Positions 1-14,781 of a stretch of 64,000 nt of DNA are shown piece by piece. The DNA comes from Octopus sinensis. Its lineage: Eukaryota. Position 1 is the first letter of the stretch, and each line of letters starts with the position of its first letter. The notes below the pieces were generated by a model. That model saw only the letters and a list, made by a program, of their open reading frames with translations. It was not told the origin of the DNA and did no database searches. A program made the translations under genes and the position numbers. The DNA lies in contig NC_043008.1 in the NCBI RefSeq assembly GCF_006345805.1, positions 13,206,001 to 13,270,000 on the forward strand. The letters run 5' to 3'.

Positions 1-1214
1 TCTCATAATAAAATATGATCATATTAAGGAATCGTTAAGAGAATATTTGGAAATTACCGAGTGGAATGCAACTTGGCGAACATTTTACTCTTGACATACC
101 TGAGTAAAACGAAAACTAAAAGTTTGAAATGAGTTGCATAAAAACAAGAGACATAAGAGATTACTTATGGAGCTAAAGAATTTGAAGATTCTTTGAATGA
201 TAATTATTTACATGGCTATGAAACATCAATCTGATAAATAACTTATGAAGTTTTAGAGTATTGTTGAACTGTACGATATACTGTATATCAGCTGCTTTAT
301 TTTCTTTGAATTTTTCCATTTCTTTTTATTTTTGGTTTTTTGGTAGGTACTTTATGTATTTCAGAGATAATATGGTGTTTTTACACCTTTTACCATGGGA
401 GAGATTTTTTTCACAACAGCAACTTCAGTGAATTTGCCGTTAGAAGTTAAAATATGTAACAAACATATTTTAACTTACTTAATTCTTCATCACTGCTTGA
501 CGCTGATGTTGCTATTTTTATTCCGACCAGACTGACCACGAGAGCAACCCAATTACTGATGCTGATATTTTTTAGATAAATCTCAGGCTCTGAATGTACC
601 CAGGGTTATTTCTCTTCCGTATTTGTCGTGGAATACTAAAGTGCTAGTAACACCCACCTGGAAATCCACTAGACTAAAGCACTAGTGAGATATGTTGATT
701 TTTTTTCCTTTAACCTTTCACGAAAATTCTATTCTCATAAGAGATTTATATATGAGAACACATTGGCATTTGCATGTGCGTTTTACGTTTCTCCATTGGT
801 TATTACCATCTTTAGCACTTCATTTACTTTTGTTTTGAACGTTTTCTTTTGAATAAACAGCTTAGACTGATTATTATATAAAATCGAAATAAATCGTAAA
901 TCTAGTCTAGCGTAATATGAAGGAAGTTCATATAAAAATATGAATGACTTTTTCAATTATATTTTTTCCGATCTTACTCCCTAGCCTTTTCCGTTCGTCT
1001 CTTTTTACTATTCTTCTCAATATGAAGAGAAAGCTATTGTCTCATTAGGTATATTGTATTTGGTCTACCATGTATAGGATTTGTTGCACAATTGATATGA
1101 CAGATATTCTCTGGAGTGCTCCAATTGTATTCAAAACACGATGATTCACAACGAAATTATTGATCAAATTATTCTGCTGACTTACCTTTCTTTACGACGT
1201 ATTTTATGTTCAGC

Positions 1215-1307
1215 GTATTAAATATATAATACACACACACACGTAAACATATATAAAATGTAAGCATATACATATATATATACATATATATATACATATA
1301 TATATAC

Positions 1308-1338
<31 letters not shown>

Positions 1339-1363
1339 CATATATACATATATATATACATAC

Positions 1364-1416
<53 letters not shown>

Positions 1417-1431
1417 CATATATATATATAC

Positions 1432-1480
<49 letters not shown>

Positions 1481-1483
1481 ATA

Positions 1484-1530
<47 letters not shown>

Positions 1531-1890
1531 TCATATATGTAATCATATATGTATATATATATATTATATATATACATATATACATATATGTATATACATA
1601 TATGTATATACATACATATATATATACATATATATACATATATATATATATACATATATATACATATATATATACATATATATATACACTAATATAATAC
1701 ACATATATATATATAATACATATATATATATATATATATACATATATATATAATATATATACATATATATATATATATATACATACATATATATATACAC
1801 ATATATATATAATATATATATACAATATATATATATATATTATACATTATATATACACATATATATATACACATATATATATACACACAT

Positions 1891-1924
<34 letters not shown>

Positions 1925-2120
1925 CATACATATATACATATATATATATTATACATATATACATATATATATAATGCACACATACATATAAATATATCGC
2001 GTAACTACAGATGATATACATACGCACATACACATGCATATATAATATGCATACACAAATATACGTACATATAAACACACAAACACACACACACATATAC
2101 ACATAATGTATATGTGTGTC
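1215..2120. repeat. Compound (TA)n/(TACA)/(CA)n microsatellite
   Basis: About 900 bp of TA, TACATA and CA iterations; source of the YI/MY-rich pseudo-ORFs. Confidence 0.97.
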
Positions 2121-2330
2121 TGTATATGTTCGCTTGTGTTATTTAAATATAAAGAAGGAGATTAGATTGTCTATGTGTGTAAAGTAGTGCGTACGTTTGA
2201 AATTCTTTGTATATGTATTTGTAGTCTAGTGATTTTACGTTCAAATATAAGTGTTTGTGCATATACATATATACATACATGTGGCCCACAATATATTTGC
2301 GGTACTAGTACTCATACCAACATGCATACA

Positions 2331-2995
2331 ATGGCACACACTCTGTTTGCAGTGCTAGTATTCATATCAACATTTGGGGTGCTTGATTGGACGCTTTATG
2401 AGATCCGAGACATTGATATGAAAACCTGAAAAATACTAACAAGCACACATACTTTCCACGTAAATAGAGGTGTAGACCGCCTCTACCTAAAACGTAAATA
2501 AGAAGCTTAACATCGATCCAAAATGCCTTTGAAGGTCGCATCATATCCCCTTGGCAACATTTTTTAACCACCAAGCGTCAAAGTGCATTCCTTGACCAAG
2601 TTTGCATACATGAAGCTGATAACATCATAAGAGTTTGAAGGCATCTCCTTGAGCAACACTCATTGTCTGATAACCAAGAATACATACCCACAGAAGTTCC
2701 CCGACTCTACCACAACGTATCTTCAGATGAAATGATGAGCCTATATGACCAGAAGCCTATGCATGGAGATGTTAGTAGAAAGCTCCATGATGATTGTAAT
2801 ATCGATCATCATGGACGAATAGCCGGATTATTGCCTCCCACTTTGAAGAGTATACGTTTGTAATCCAGGAACAGGAAATATCAACCAAGAACCTGATGCA
2901 CAAAGGGGATAGAGATGCAGGGAAAAGCCATAAAATGTGACAACCGATGCAGACTTTGTGGAGTTCACACTGAAGATATCACCTGTGTGATAAGT
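2331..2995 (+). pseudogene. Decayed R4/Dong-clade (RLE-type) non-LTR retrotransposon fragment, RT thumb to Cys-motif region
   Basis: Frameshifted translation gives STFGVLDWTLYEIRDIDMKT*KILT..FHVNRGVDRLYLKRK, YDQKPMHG, HFEEYTFVIQEQEISTKNL and CDNRCRLCGVHTEDIT. These match R4/Dong motifs FGxxDWT..LDRKTRK..DVDRLYLPR, KPLHG, ETEGF..IQEQ and CRLC..E.I.HI. Multiple stops and indels. Confidence 0.8.
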
Positions 2996-3484
2996 ATACA
3001 CACACATATGTGTGTGTATATATATATATTATGTACACTTATATAGGTATACACTAATGCATACACTGATATAGCTATCGATGAAGGAATTTGTATGTGA
3101 AAGGGTATATGCGTGTGTGCGTGTGTATGTACCTTCCAAGAGGATTACTTTCAGTGAATCAGAAATGTTCCTTTATTTCCTACAAGCTGAAACATCTGCT
3201 GCAATTGGCAGATATTCCTTTATGCATCAATATAGATAAGTATAAATATTTGAGTAATAAATGTCTATATTCTTCCTAATCTGAACTTTATACACAGTAA
3301 ATCAATAAAAGGAACATATACTAATTATCATAAGGAAACACCTGAGAATTAAATTGATGTGGTAAGGTAAACTTCAACATATTTGATAAGGGAAACGGAT
3401 TAAGGCCCTCTAAATATATATTCTGCTTTTATTTTTCATCAAGTTCTTTATTTATTAATAAGCACACACACACACACACATAGA

Positions 3485-3657
3485 CGTAGGAGTGGTTGTG
3501 TGACAAGTAGCTTGCTTAAAAACCACATTGTTCCAGGTTCAGTCCCACTGCGTGGCACCTTGGGCAGGTGTCTTTTACTATAGCCTCGGGCCAACCAAAA
3601 CCTTGTGAGTGGATTTGGTAGACGAAAACTGAAAGAAGCCCGTTGTATATATATATA

Positions 3658-3696
<39 letters not shown>

Positions 3697-3890
3697 TATG
3701 TGTGTGTGTGTGTGTCTCTGTTTGTGTGTCTGTGTTTGTCGCCCCAACATCGGTTGATAACCGGCAAAAGACACCGATAGTATAAGTACTAGGCTTAGAA
3801 AGAATAAGTCCTGGGGTCGATTCGCTCGACTATAGGCGGTGTTCCAGCATGGCGGCAGTCAATGACGGAAACAAGTAAAAAAGAGTAAAG
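3485..3890 (+). mobile_element. tRNA-derived SINE family A with internal (TA)(TG)n tract
   Basis: Head GGAGTGGTTGTGTG..GGTTCAGTCCCACTGCGTGGCACCTTGGGCA; tail CTGGGGTCGATT..CCAGCATGG..CAGTCAATGAC..AAGTAAAAAAGAG. Same family at 19.4, 26.2, 41.8 and 62.8 kb. Confidence 0.9.
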
Positions 3891-3894
3891 TGAG

Positions 3895-3965
<71 letters not shown>

Positions 3966-5883
3966 GAACACAGAAATAAACATCTCTCATGGCGAATAAA
4001 TATACATACGTAGATATATGCATATACTTAATATATATTAAATGTAAATAAAAAAAATATGACATAGAAAGCGAGGGAGACGGATTAATGATACCCATAA
4101 AGACAGTTTCCTTTAGAATGCTCCCTTATAGCTACGTCAAGATTTTCTTTATTGTACATGACATATGCCATAGCCGCTTGCATTTTAATATAATGCAAAA
4201 TATCAATTCATTAACAGAGTCTTTGATAAAGAATATTACACTTTAGAAAACAATTTAAAATTTTTTTTACTCTCTTTATCTCTGTTTCTCTTTTTCGTTT
4301 CAGTGCTTCTCACAGTAATTTTTTTTTGTTATATATTTCGCTCACGATTTTATTTTTATTATTTTTGCATTTGCTTCATTATTTTAATATGCTATTTGCT
4401 TTTTTTTTTCCCCTCATCTCCCAAACTGATAATATAACGAACGACTGCAACTAATTGAATGCCACTTTTACATTTCCAGTTCGAGCACATTCTATTAGCA
4501 AAAGAAACAGAAAACTCTCCATTATATAAAAAAAACAAAGCAAAAAAATAAATAAATAAATGCTTCTTTTCTGAGTGTTATCTAATGACACAGGAGATAT
4601 TGAGATAGTCAATGCATCTGTATTTTGTCATGCAACAGTGTCCAATTCCTTCGGCGATTTGTAGCTAATATGTATTTAATTTTTCAATGATATCTCTAAA
4701 AGCCTGTAATGATAATTTGAAGTATCTCTCAATAATCTTGTTATGCTGTTTAATATTGTTTTTCATTTCTATTTTATTAAAGCCAGGCACGTCCATTTTA
4801 ATTGGTATAATGTGATTACATTTAAAAGAAACATTACGGGCTTTCATAATTGATAATGATACATTTGAATGCAATCAAATGTAATTGTAATCTAGAAAAA
4901 TATTTAAAAATCTCTCTCTAATTGATTTATGACATTATCAGAACGAAAGGAGAAAAATAACGACATTCGTTTTTAAACGAGGATTTTATATATACACATA
5001 CCTTAAGAAATAAGAATTATTAAACTAGAATAATTGCAGATTTGGTGGAATAGGGGAGTGTGATATAAAGAAGAATGAGATAGGCGTTAACGAGGCTTAG
5101 AAGAAAGGTTTCAAACAATAGCAAGCCTCTAGAATCTAATTTAGATTTCTTTTTCATTAATTTGTTCCAGTTATTAATCGAATCTTGCTGGGTGATTGCA
5201 TGCAAATCTGTTAATAATAGATATCAACACGATTGCTAGAAAAATTGCAAAAAAAAAAAAAAATTGTGGTACTGATATGTCGAACTAAGAAGACAATAGC
5301 CATTATCCGATAATTCCATTCAAAAAGTAATTGAGAGGCCATTCAAATATTGCGATCCAGAAATAGAGATAAATATAATCTGGAGATTAAGCAAAGAAAG
5401 AATGACAGTTTCTACAGAGATCAGTTACAAAAAACGATGAATGCAAATGCAATGGAAGAAAAAAAAACAAAAACAATCATTTACATATATTCATAAAATA
5501 CAAACTATACAAGGAGCACAGGACTGGATTCCCTTGTGTAACAATAGCAAGTAATGCATATAATATTACAGAATAACAGCAATTCTACATTTTGTTCGCC
5601 GCACTAACAGTTCCTCCTCTACTTTTTCTTTGTAACAATAATTTTTTTTGATCAATTTTAAATATTAGGAAGTTACCCGATTATTTCCTAAATACTTTAT
5701 TTTACCGACCCCGAGGTAAAGTTAATCTTAGTACGATATAAACATTGAACACCTGAAAAAATATTCTAATGATTATATCAATGCGTAGCCTAAATAACAG
5801 TTTGTAATTTAGTCACATGACTCGAAATGTATGGAAGGGGATTGAACAAGGCAATCGACCCAATATTTGACAGGTATTTTACG

Positions 5884-5922
<39 letters not shown>

Positions 5923-5959
5923 GGCGTGACGACGTCATGTTGCAGGGTTACTTAGTTTC

Positions 5960-6100
5960 ACATGGTGTGTTGTGTGGACTGGAGCAACATGGAATGTGGT
6001 GTTTCGTTCAAGAACACAACATACCGCCCTGCCCAGAAATCGAAACTACAATCCTACTATCATAACTACAACACCCCAACCATTGCATTATATGCGTCCA
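5960..6100 (-). mobile_element. Degenerate SINE family C-like head
   Basis: Reverse complement shows a tRNA-like head then GTTGTGTTCTTGA...GTTGCTCCAGTCCAC, as in the 34.8 and 50.6 kb copies. Confidence 0.55.
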
Positions 6101-8045
6101 TGTTCCACATAGTTGTCTATAAAAGAACGTGAGTTAAAAATTATTTCCAAAGACCGTTCGAAAATTTGTTAGTCGATACATATAAAGAGGAAAAAATCTA
6201 GAGGTTAATTCTTTCAAACAATTGTTAATATATTAGCACGCGCTAATACGAATCGTATATAATACAGTACAAAATGTGTAAGAGCCAAAATTCAGTTCAT
6301 AGTAACGCCATTGCATGTATACATAGGTAGAAGAACGTCACCTGCATACAACAGAACCTACTACAGAACACAAGTACACAATAGAACACTAGGCAACTCT
6401 GATAGTGTAACATTGCCATTTTCTTCAGATGCTTTCCATGATAGATTAATATAAAATACTCCCTGTTGAGAGAGATTACTTAGCCACTTGAAGAGAATTA
6501 TTTGTAAAGTAAACATAGTGAGGACCCCCCTAACAGTATCACATATAGCATCACTGCGCATGCCTATTTGTCTCTATATCGGTTTTTTGTGTGTCGTTTG
6601 AAGGGCTCTGAAATTGCATCCTTTCAGTAATGTAGTGAGTTGAATATCAGGGGCAGAAGGGTCTCTCCTCGTAAAAATAGAGTAGAAGTCGACGTCGGTC
6701 ACGTCGAACAGCTATTTCAAATCTTCGTTAGTTTGTGTTTCGTTTTATATTTTATTATTATTTCTACAATAATCAAAGCAGTCCTCTGGGACTCCAGCTT
6801 ATTCTTACCTTCACAATTGCACTGGACGTTAACGCTCCGATGCTGATGATAGCCCGAACAATCTACTGTTATTCTGTATATTGTTTAATTTTTTTTCTTT
6901 TGTCTTCGGTTAATCTATATTTTTATCTACTTGTCACTGCCAAAACTGGTTATGTGTGGGGAGTGTGCTCTGGCTATGTGTGAAACTCTTGCAAATGTTG
7001 AAACGAAGATGTCATCGCTTGTCCTTTATGGTTCGCCTGATATCAACATAGGGAACACAGTGTCAACGATTTGTTAATTTTTTACTGCTTTCCGCTATTC
7101 AGGCTTTCACGTCAGAAATCTCTCCAAAGAGTTTTACTTCAGCTCTTTGTTTTCAGATATTACCAAATGTTTGAATCTATTTAGGAGACTGTCGAAACTG
7201 AATTGAAGGAAATTTGCTTGATATTTCTAGCATAGCGTTAGCCTAGCTACTGGTGCCCCAGAGAGGCTCAATATGTTAAAAGTACGCTTAACAAAATTCA
7301 TTTCATTTCTTTACATGTTATTATACCAGATATTTGAATTCCATTTACCATGCGATAAGCTACAGCTTGTCTGCATTATTAAAATATTTACACTACGAAT
7401 TCATACGAATTCATATAGCTTTCCTCCAAATGGAATAACCACACATGTATTTATTACTGCTTTGTATTTCTAAATACTTGTTAAATATAGAAAAAAAGTA
7501 TAAAATATATTCCTTCGCTCTACAACGTTTTCCCTTTGAAGAAATTGACCTAGAAATTGTGTTTGGTTTTCCCGATGTCCATACAAACGTTCTGCACAAA
7601 CAGTCAAATACAAACAAAAACTTATAGCTTACATATTGTTTTGATCTTTTGATACGCTAGCGTGTAATGTTTGCGGAGGTTGACGTACCGCGAAACCATA
7701 TCGGTGCAATTTGTTTATTCGACAGAATTAATATAACAGAATACTTTCAAATGAATGATGTTCTCCGTCTGAAATATAGTAATATTATGAGTTCAATCAG
7801 GAGAGACATTTTATGGTGTGAGGAAGAGAAATAAGATGTTTAAAACAGATCTCTTTATGAAAATGCGATGGCACATTTAATGATGGTGTAGGTGTACACC
7901 CAGTGTATTTATTTTCCAATGCATTTACGTCTAGTTATAACTCATTTTTTTAATGTTTTGCATTCTCTACTTTACATATATTGATATTTGCATCGGAATA
8001 TGTTGAGTTGCGTCTTGAAGATACCGCATTATTAATAAGCGTGTT

Positions 8046-8257
8046 AAGGCGGCGAGCTGTTAGAATTGTTAGCACGCCGGGCAAAAACCTTAGCGGCATT
8101 TTCTCGGTCGCTACGTTCTGAGGTCAAATTCCGCCGAAGTCACTCTGCTTTTGATTCTTTCGGGGTCGATAAATTAAGTACCGGTGAAACACTGGGGTCG
8201 ATGTAATCGAGTGTTCCCCTTTCTTCCAAAGTTGGGCCTTGTGCCCCCAATAAAAAT
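8046..8257 (+). mobile_element. tRNA-derived SINE family D (monomer, tail type 2)
   Basis: AAGGCGGCGAGCTG..TTAGCACGCCGGG..CAAATTCCGCCGA..TTCGGGGTCGATAAATTAAGTACC; flanked by the direct repeat TTATTAATAAG (likely TSD). Confidence 0.88.
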
Positions 8258-9332
8258 CGTTATTAATAAGTGCGTTGCAATATACATACGTTGGTACATA
8301 CATACATTCACACACTTATATGGACACACACACACAAACATACACACACATGCACAAACATATAGACATTTTCTATGTTAATATATATATACATATATAT
8401 ATATGTGTACATATGTATATGTATGTCTCTCTCTCTATATATATATATGTGTGTGTGTGTGTGTTTGTGTATGTATATATGTGTGTATGTATGTATGTAT
8501 GTATGTATATATATACATCTATATATGTACGTGTGTATGTATGTGTGTATAAACATATACATGCATATAAATTGATGTAAGTATATGCATGTATATTAAA
8601 AAAGCTGCAAATATATATGCATATATATATTTGTATACATACACATACAAAAATATATACAAATATATATACAAATATACATATATATGTATATTTGTAT
8701 ATGCATGCGTGTGTGTGTTTATATCACTTATGTGTTCATCTGTACGCCTTTTACTGTACATTTGCGTACTTCCCCTGTGAGAATATTTATGTAGTTAAGT
8801 GTCTTTTTTACTGAGGACATATATTTTTTTTTCAGTATATTACACACGTAGTAACCAATATGTAAAAGCCTTTTTAAGTGAAATATTAAAAGATTTTCAG
8901 AATACACTTGATGGCTTTGTTAATGTGCAAAATGGACAATCTCGTTTAACTCCCCAGATTTTTGCTAGCTTTAAATGTAATGGTTTTGCCATACTGAATT
9001 CTATGTCATTCGATTAAGTCTATATTTTACGGTGTTATTTAGTACAAATGAACTATGTAACTGGAGGATAAAGAAGTGAAAATATATGAAGACAGAAATA
9101 TGTTGAGTACAGTTAGTAAAAGCTGGAGTACAGTAAATGAAAAATGGAGAAAATTTTCAGCAATATATACTGAAAAAATAGTGAAGTATTATTATTTTTT
9201 TTTAAGTAGTTCAGCAGCATCTTATCGCCAAAAAAGAATGAGAATATTTTTTTTTAATTCTAGAGACATTTCTAACAAAAAGTCTAAGTTTAAAAATTCT
9301 CTGAACGAGGTATAAACACTAGCTGCACGACC

Positions 9333-9463
9333 ATGTGAAGTATATTTGCCATTCAAATGTGGCTAGCAACTAAGGGTGGATGCTACTGTAGCTCTAACCC
9401 CAGGTTCTCTTGGGACTACAAGCTACAGTAGCATCCGCCCTTAGTGGCAAATATTCTTCACAT
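9333..9463. repeat. Short fold-back / MITE-like inverted repeat
   Basis: Inner arms 9370-9393 and 9421-9444 (24 bp, 1 mismatch); outer arms 9333-9351 and 9445-9463 (19 bp, 1 mismatch). Confidence 0.75.
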
Positions 9464-11294
9464 AGTTTAAGTAAACTTTGCTTTTCTCATAGCAAACTTT
9501 ACAAGCATACAATTACAATTAGCAAAGAAGGTTACTGTACGTATGTTGATTTACCTACTGAAGAGTGTAATACTTGCAGCTTTCAAAGAATAAGATTTAT
9601 AAAAGTCTTTAAATGTTTATGGTTGTAATTATAACTTTAGCAATCGAGAAATTTATTCTGTGAGTTTAAATAGTAATCTTATTGTTCTAGAATACAACAC
9701 TTTACACGCATATGTATTAGTAGATGTATTAGTGTTATGTTAATAGATTAATTCCATTTAATACTCATTTACATTACTACGTTGAAGCCTTTTGAAATAA
9801 CATGCAACAATGCTAAACACACGCTTCAAGATAGGTCTGTATACGTTTTACGGATCAGGAAGAATATATATATATATATAATTGTTTCTAATTTAAGCAC
9901 GTGGCCTGGAATAAAGGTAATAAAAGATGTACTCAATGTGTTTATTATCAGCAAACTAATCAATAATTAATGCTGGTAATAATATTGATAGGATGCATGA
10001 CAATGTCTTGGTGTGTAATGGAGATTAAATAACACTTAATCAATTATCTTCCATTAAAGGATAATGTGAAGTCATCTCCAAAAAGGAAACTCGGTGATGA
10101 AGAAGCAGTATTAACAATAAAACAATCAAACCAGTTCAGACAACACGTTGCGTTAAAAGGAAACAATTTCTAAACCTTGATAATGAATGTTGGAATTGAA
10201 TCGAACGAGGCAGACGTGGATGTAATGAAACTGTAACAATGGTTGCTAAAGGTAATAAGTTATGTCGTGATATAACCTTCATTTGCAAAAGGGAGTTTGT
10301 CTGCTTTATTTTTTTTCATGAAACAAGCTATTTACAAATACATACACCAGCTGCCGTGATCAATAAAATAGTTCATTGGTAGAAAACATGGCTGTGGGTA
10401 TCCGTGTCGTATATTATGTAATTTATTTTGTAGAAAACCTAATATAAGAAATATAGTACATTTCTGAGGAAAGAACACTAAGAGCAATGCGCATGAATTA
10501 ATCGTGACCGTCATGTCTGTATATTTCATTTTGAAATTAGTAGTTTGCAAAACACATGCTGTAACTACTACACTGCCAGGAGATTAAGAAGATAAAACTG
10601 ACGAAGTGTTATCAACAAATTGCGTATGAAACGTTACGGAAATGAGAAAATATAGACAATAATTCAGTAAGTTAGAGTATATTTGAGAAGCATTTTTATA
10701 GTGTCAAATAACGAAGATATTCATCCATGTTTATTTTAAGGTCAATTTTTGAAACATCGTATCTGACACCCCATGTACAGACACTGACGAAATGTATATA
10801 ATAAAATTAAGCAGAATATGCTCGGCATAGAAGCAAATAAGATGCATAGCGTAGATGTGTTGCTAAGCTAAGAAAGTTCTTTCACTTCTGTGATGTTACG
10901 GCGCGGATGTTACAACGAGGCAATTTCGAAACGTGTTTTTGCATATAACCTCGATATAACGCGAATAGTATGACTGAAATATGGGAGATAAAAATCGTGG
11001 AGATGTAAATAACAATCTTTACCTTTAAGAAAAAAAAAACATCCTAAATTGTTTTGTGTTTTGGGGAATACACTACCGGAGCAACCAATGAGAACTTAAA
11101 AAAACGATAAAATACGAGCACCACAAATGGTGGATGAGAAAAGATTTTTCTTTATTACAATTACTGCAGAGCAACAATCGATATAAATTGGCATAAGGCT
11201 GTTAAACCGCTATAACAAGTAGAGAAATGCAACGCCATTTCTTAAATAAGATCTATTTGCCTTATAAATCTTTCTTACTGACGTTTGATTGTAG

Positions 11295-11399
11295 GGTGTG
11301 AAACGAAAGTAGCAGCCCAACAGAAAACTGCTAAGATGAGCAAAGCTAGACATATTTTTCGAGAACGTATTGAAACCGACATCCTAAAAGGAATGATAG
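11295..11399 (+). CDS. Candidate internal exon of an unidentified gene (xCETKVAAQQKTAKMSKARHIFRERIETDILKGMI)
   Basis: Branch-like TACTGAC, acceptor TTGTAG, 105-nt open phase 1-1 segment, weak donor GTTTGT. No homology recognised. Confidence 0.2.
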
Positions 11400-12032
11400 G
11401 TTTGTGGAAATCAGTAGTATTATTTATTTACATTTTTTTTCATATTTGAGTACCTTCAGTCCCTGAAAAACGTAAATATGCTATGCAATAAAAAGAAAAA
11501 TAATATGATAGGAAAGCATTTCACATAGTTTAATTTTAGAAATGAAGTCAGTTAGAATTTATTTAGGAAAAAAAAATTTTTAACTGGAAATTTCCGTATA
11601 TAGATTTCTATGCAAAAACTTCTACATCAAATCTCACAATACTATGGTAATACGGTACGATAAGATACCAAATCCGGCTTCATTAAATATTTGAGCTATG
11701 AAAAATAATGATCATTTAATAACCGAATTGGAAACAGAAAGAAATTTTTACCTTGTGTTCGAGAAAAATATTCATGAAGGCGGGAACTTTATTAATTACG
11801 ACGAACAAACTTCACGTGTCATATTCTATTGTCTCCAAAACATTAATAACTGAAGAGCAACATGGTTAGTTTAAAGCATAAAGAAATGAATATAAATATC
11901 TACTAATGCTACCACACATCATTGTGGGGTATTATTTATGGTAAGACTATACCCGATCTACTTCTAGAATAAGGCTTGTCCACATATACTGCTATACATA
12001 TACTTGTATACATATACATCTATATATATATA

Positions 12033-13323
12033 CGAGGGGCGTTCAATAAGTAATGCCCCTGACCCACTTGCAGTTGTTTGATCTAGCTGAAATTGTGCAT
12101 GTGCAATTATTTATATCTCTATAGATTAAATGGCAAATTACAGCTCTGAACAAATTATGGTTTCTGAATTACAGGTGTTTGAACTGAGTCAAGTGTGAAA
12201 TGGAGCCAGTTGAGTGTCGAGCAGTGATCCGGTTTTTGTATTTGAAAGGACGCACACCACGGGAGACTTTTGATGAAATGAAAGTAACTTATGGTGATGA
12301 TGCCCCATCATATGACCTTGTAAAACGCCGGCATCGTGAATTCAAACATGGTCGGAACTCTGTGGAAACAGCTCCCAGATCAGGTCACCCCACTTCTGCC
12401 ATTGATGAGACATCTGTACGTCATGTTGAGGCTGCCATTTTGGACGATCGACGCATAACTATTCGCCAAATAGCCCATGAGGTCAAGATTAGTACCGGGT
12501 CTGTGGAAACTATCATTCATGACCATTTGCATATGCAAAAGGTGTCTGCCAGATGGATTGCCAGGTTGCTCACACCTTTCCAGAAGCAAGCTCGCGTCAA
12601 GTGCTCGAGGATGAATTTGGAGATGTGCCAAGAAGATGAGTCAAAATTTTTCAAAATACTGATTACACAGGATGAAACCTGGGTCCATCACTATGATCCT
12701 GAGGCCAAAGCCCAGTCAATGCAGTGGAAGCACTGTGACTCACCTCCTCCAAAGGAAGCAAGGGTGCAGCCCTCCGCTGGCAAGGTCATGCTCACAGTCT
12801 TCCGGGACCAGGACGGAGTAGTGATAACAGATTTCCTGGCAAAGGGCACCACAATTACAGGAGCTTATTATGCTTCACTTTTGAGAAAATTAAGAGAAGC
12901 TATCAAAATCAAGAGGCGGGGCAAGATCAGCAAAGGCATCCTCCTCCTGCAGGACAACGCTCCGGTCCACAACTCGCTTGTCGCCAGATTAGAAGCACAG
13001 GCCTGCGGCTATGAACTCCTCCTCCATCCCCCTACTCTCCTGACCTTGCACCCTCTGATTTCACCTCTTCCCAGCCATGAAGTTGTTTTTGAAAGGAAAG
13101 CGTTTCCCAGATGATGCAGCCTTGATTTCTGAAGTCACGTCGTGGTTGGAGGACCAAGCTGGGGTCTTCTACAAAAACGGTCTCCAGAGCTGCATCAAAC
13201 GATGGCAGAAATGCGTAACTCTGGGTAGTTCCTAGGTAGAAAAAGACTAATAAATGTGCCAAGTTTCGTTGCTCTACTGCAATGGGAAGTGGGTCAGGGG
13301 CATTACTTATTGAGCGCCCCTCG
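12033..13323 (+). mobile_element. Full-length mariner (DD34D; irritans-like) DNA transposon
   Basis: 37-bp TIRs CGAGGGGCG(T/C)TCAATAAGTAATGCCCCTGACCCACTT with 1 mismatch, TA on both sides within a (TA)n tract, ~1291 bp, internal transposase. Confidence 0.97.
12200..13250 (+). pseudogene. Mariner transposase, frameshifted near C-terminus (open 12200-13114, 304 aa)
   Basis: N-terminal HTH (RAVIRFLYLKG..PRSGHP), WIARLL (cf. WVPREL), TQDETW and LLQDNAPVH. YSPDLAPSD is recoverable after a 1-nt loss at ~13030, HLFPAMK..KRWQKCV after a second loss at ~13060, and there is an in-frame TAG at 13233. Restored D-D spacing is 34. Confidence 0.95.
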
Positions 13324-13683
13324 TATATATACATGTATACATACACATCCATATATATATATATATAATGTGCCTGTATATATGTGAGATAATAGTTTCA
13401 GAATTAAAGTGAAACTATTAAAGTGAAAGTATCTGACAATTGAGAGATGTTATTGTTTCACTTTTGAAACGTAATACTGAAACAGTGGAGAAGATATGAT
13501 GTTGCTGTGGGCTCGCACGAGGCAAGAAGTTAAAACTTTTTCTGGCGTATGACACTACATTGACCCTAGGTAAATCATAGAGCATGTGTAAAGTTTGAAT
13601 GAAATTGGTTGTGTAGTTCTCAAGTTTTAGGGATTCACACACACAGACACACATGCTCATCTTTAAATATATATATATATTAT

Positions 13684-13741
<58 letters not shown>

Positions 13742-14721
13742 TTACATGTGTGTGCTTGTGTGCGTATGTGTATGTGCGCGTGCGCATACACGTGTGCAAC
13801 CGTGAGCGTATAATCTTCTAAGTATCTCCTGCCTCGTAGTATTTGCGTGCAAACTCTGAAAAATAATTTCCTCGATGGCTTTCAGCAGTTACTCACCATG
13901 AGAATCTGATGTTATTTTTACTTCTGATACAGTTGCTGTCATGCATGGTGTACAAAACGACCCACACTTCATATCATATTTCACTTGCTCGCTAATGTCA
14001 CCCATGTTGCACATGGTTTCCATAAACATACATCATAAATATCCTTGCTACATTATCTCTCGTATCACCAACGACTTGGATTCGTGATCTTTCCTGTTAT
14101 ATATAAATATAAGTGTTTATACAATATGTACGAATAGTAAACGTATAGGATAAGTTAACAGGGACACGAAAATTATACTCATTCTCTCACACGTCTCGTG
14201 TACTCTCCTACTGTTCCGATGTTACACATCTTTGTATTAGCTGATAGTGACGTACTAAGTTAGTAAAGCGTAGTTTGTCTCTGAAAGAATTATTTAAAGG
14301 AAAACCCGAGGCATGTTACGCAGAATATATAATGCAGGTTAATATTTTTCTAGGCATCCTAATAGTAGTATTAACATTATTGTTAAACATGCTGTTATTT
14401 CAGCTACAGAAGTTTAAAATATTTTAGGTACATAGTCAAGGTAGAAAACGCTAAAATAATTTTATCATAAAAACACTTTAGTATGAGTTTCAGTCACTGA
14501 GCCCTTTTTTAGCTTTAAGTATGGAAAACAAATAAATTTTGGAAAAATGAAATTTTCATTTAAATTTTTCAAAAATTTAATTCTTTTCCATACTTACAGT
14601 TGAAAAAGTCTCAATGACTGAAACCGGTACTAAAGTGTTTTTTATGATAAAATTATTTTAGCATTTTCTACCTTGACACATTTTCGTTACACATATCAAC
14701 TCGTATATTCCTTTACAACCT

Positions 14722-14781
<60 letters not shown>

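Noticed and set aside
1169-2102. YI/MY/HT/CV-rich ORFs here and throughout the window
   Set aside because: They are translations of (TA)n, (CA)n and (ATGT)n tracts, which lack stops in several frames.
10020-11000. Possible decayed pogo/Tigger remnant (CCTCGATATAACGCG at ~10950)
   Set aside because: Only a short TIR-like word, with no partner TIR or recognisable transposase motif.
13897-14095. Minus-strand exon between an ACAG acceptor and a GTGAGT donor
   Set aside because: All three frames contain stops; at most a non-coding exon.
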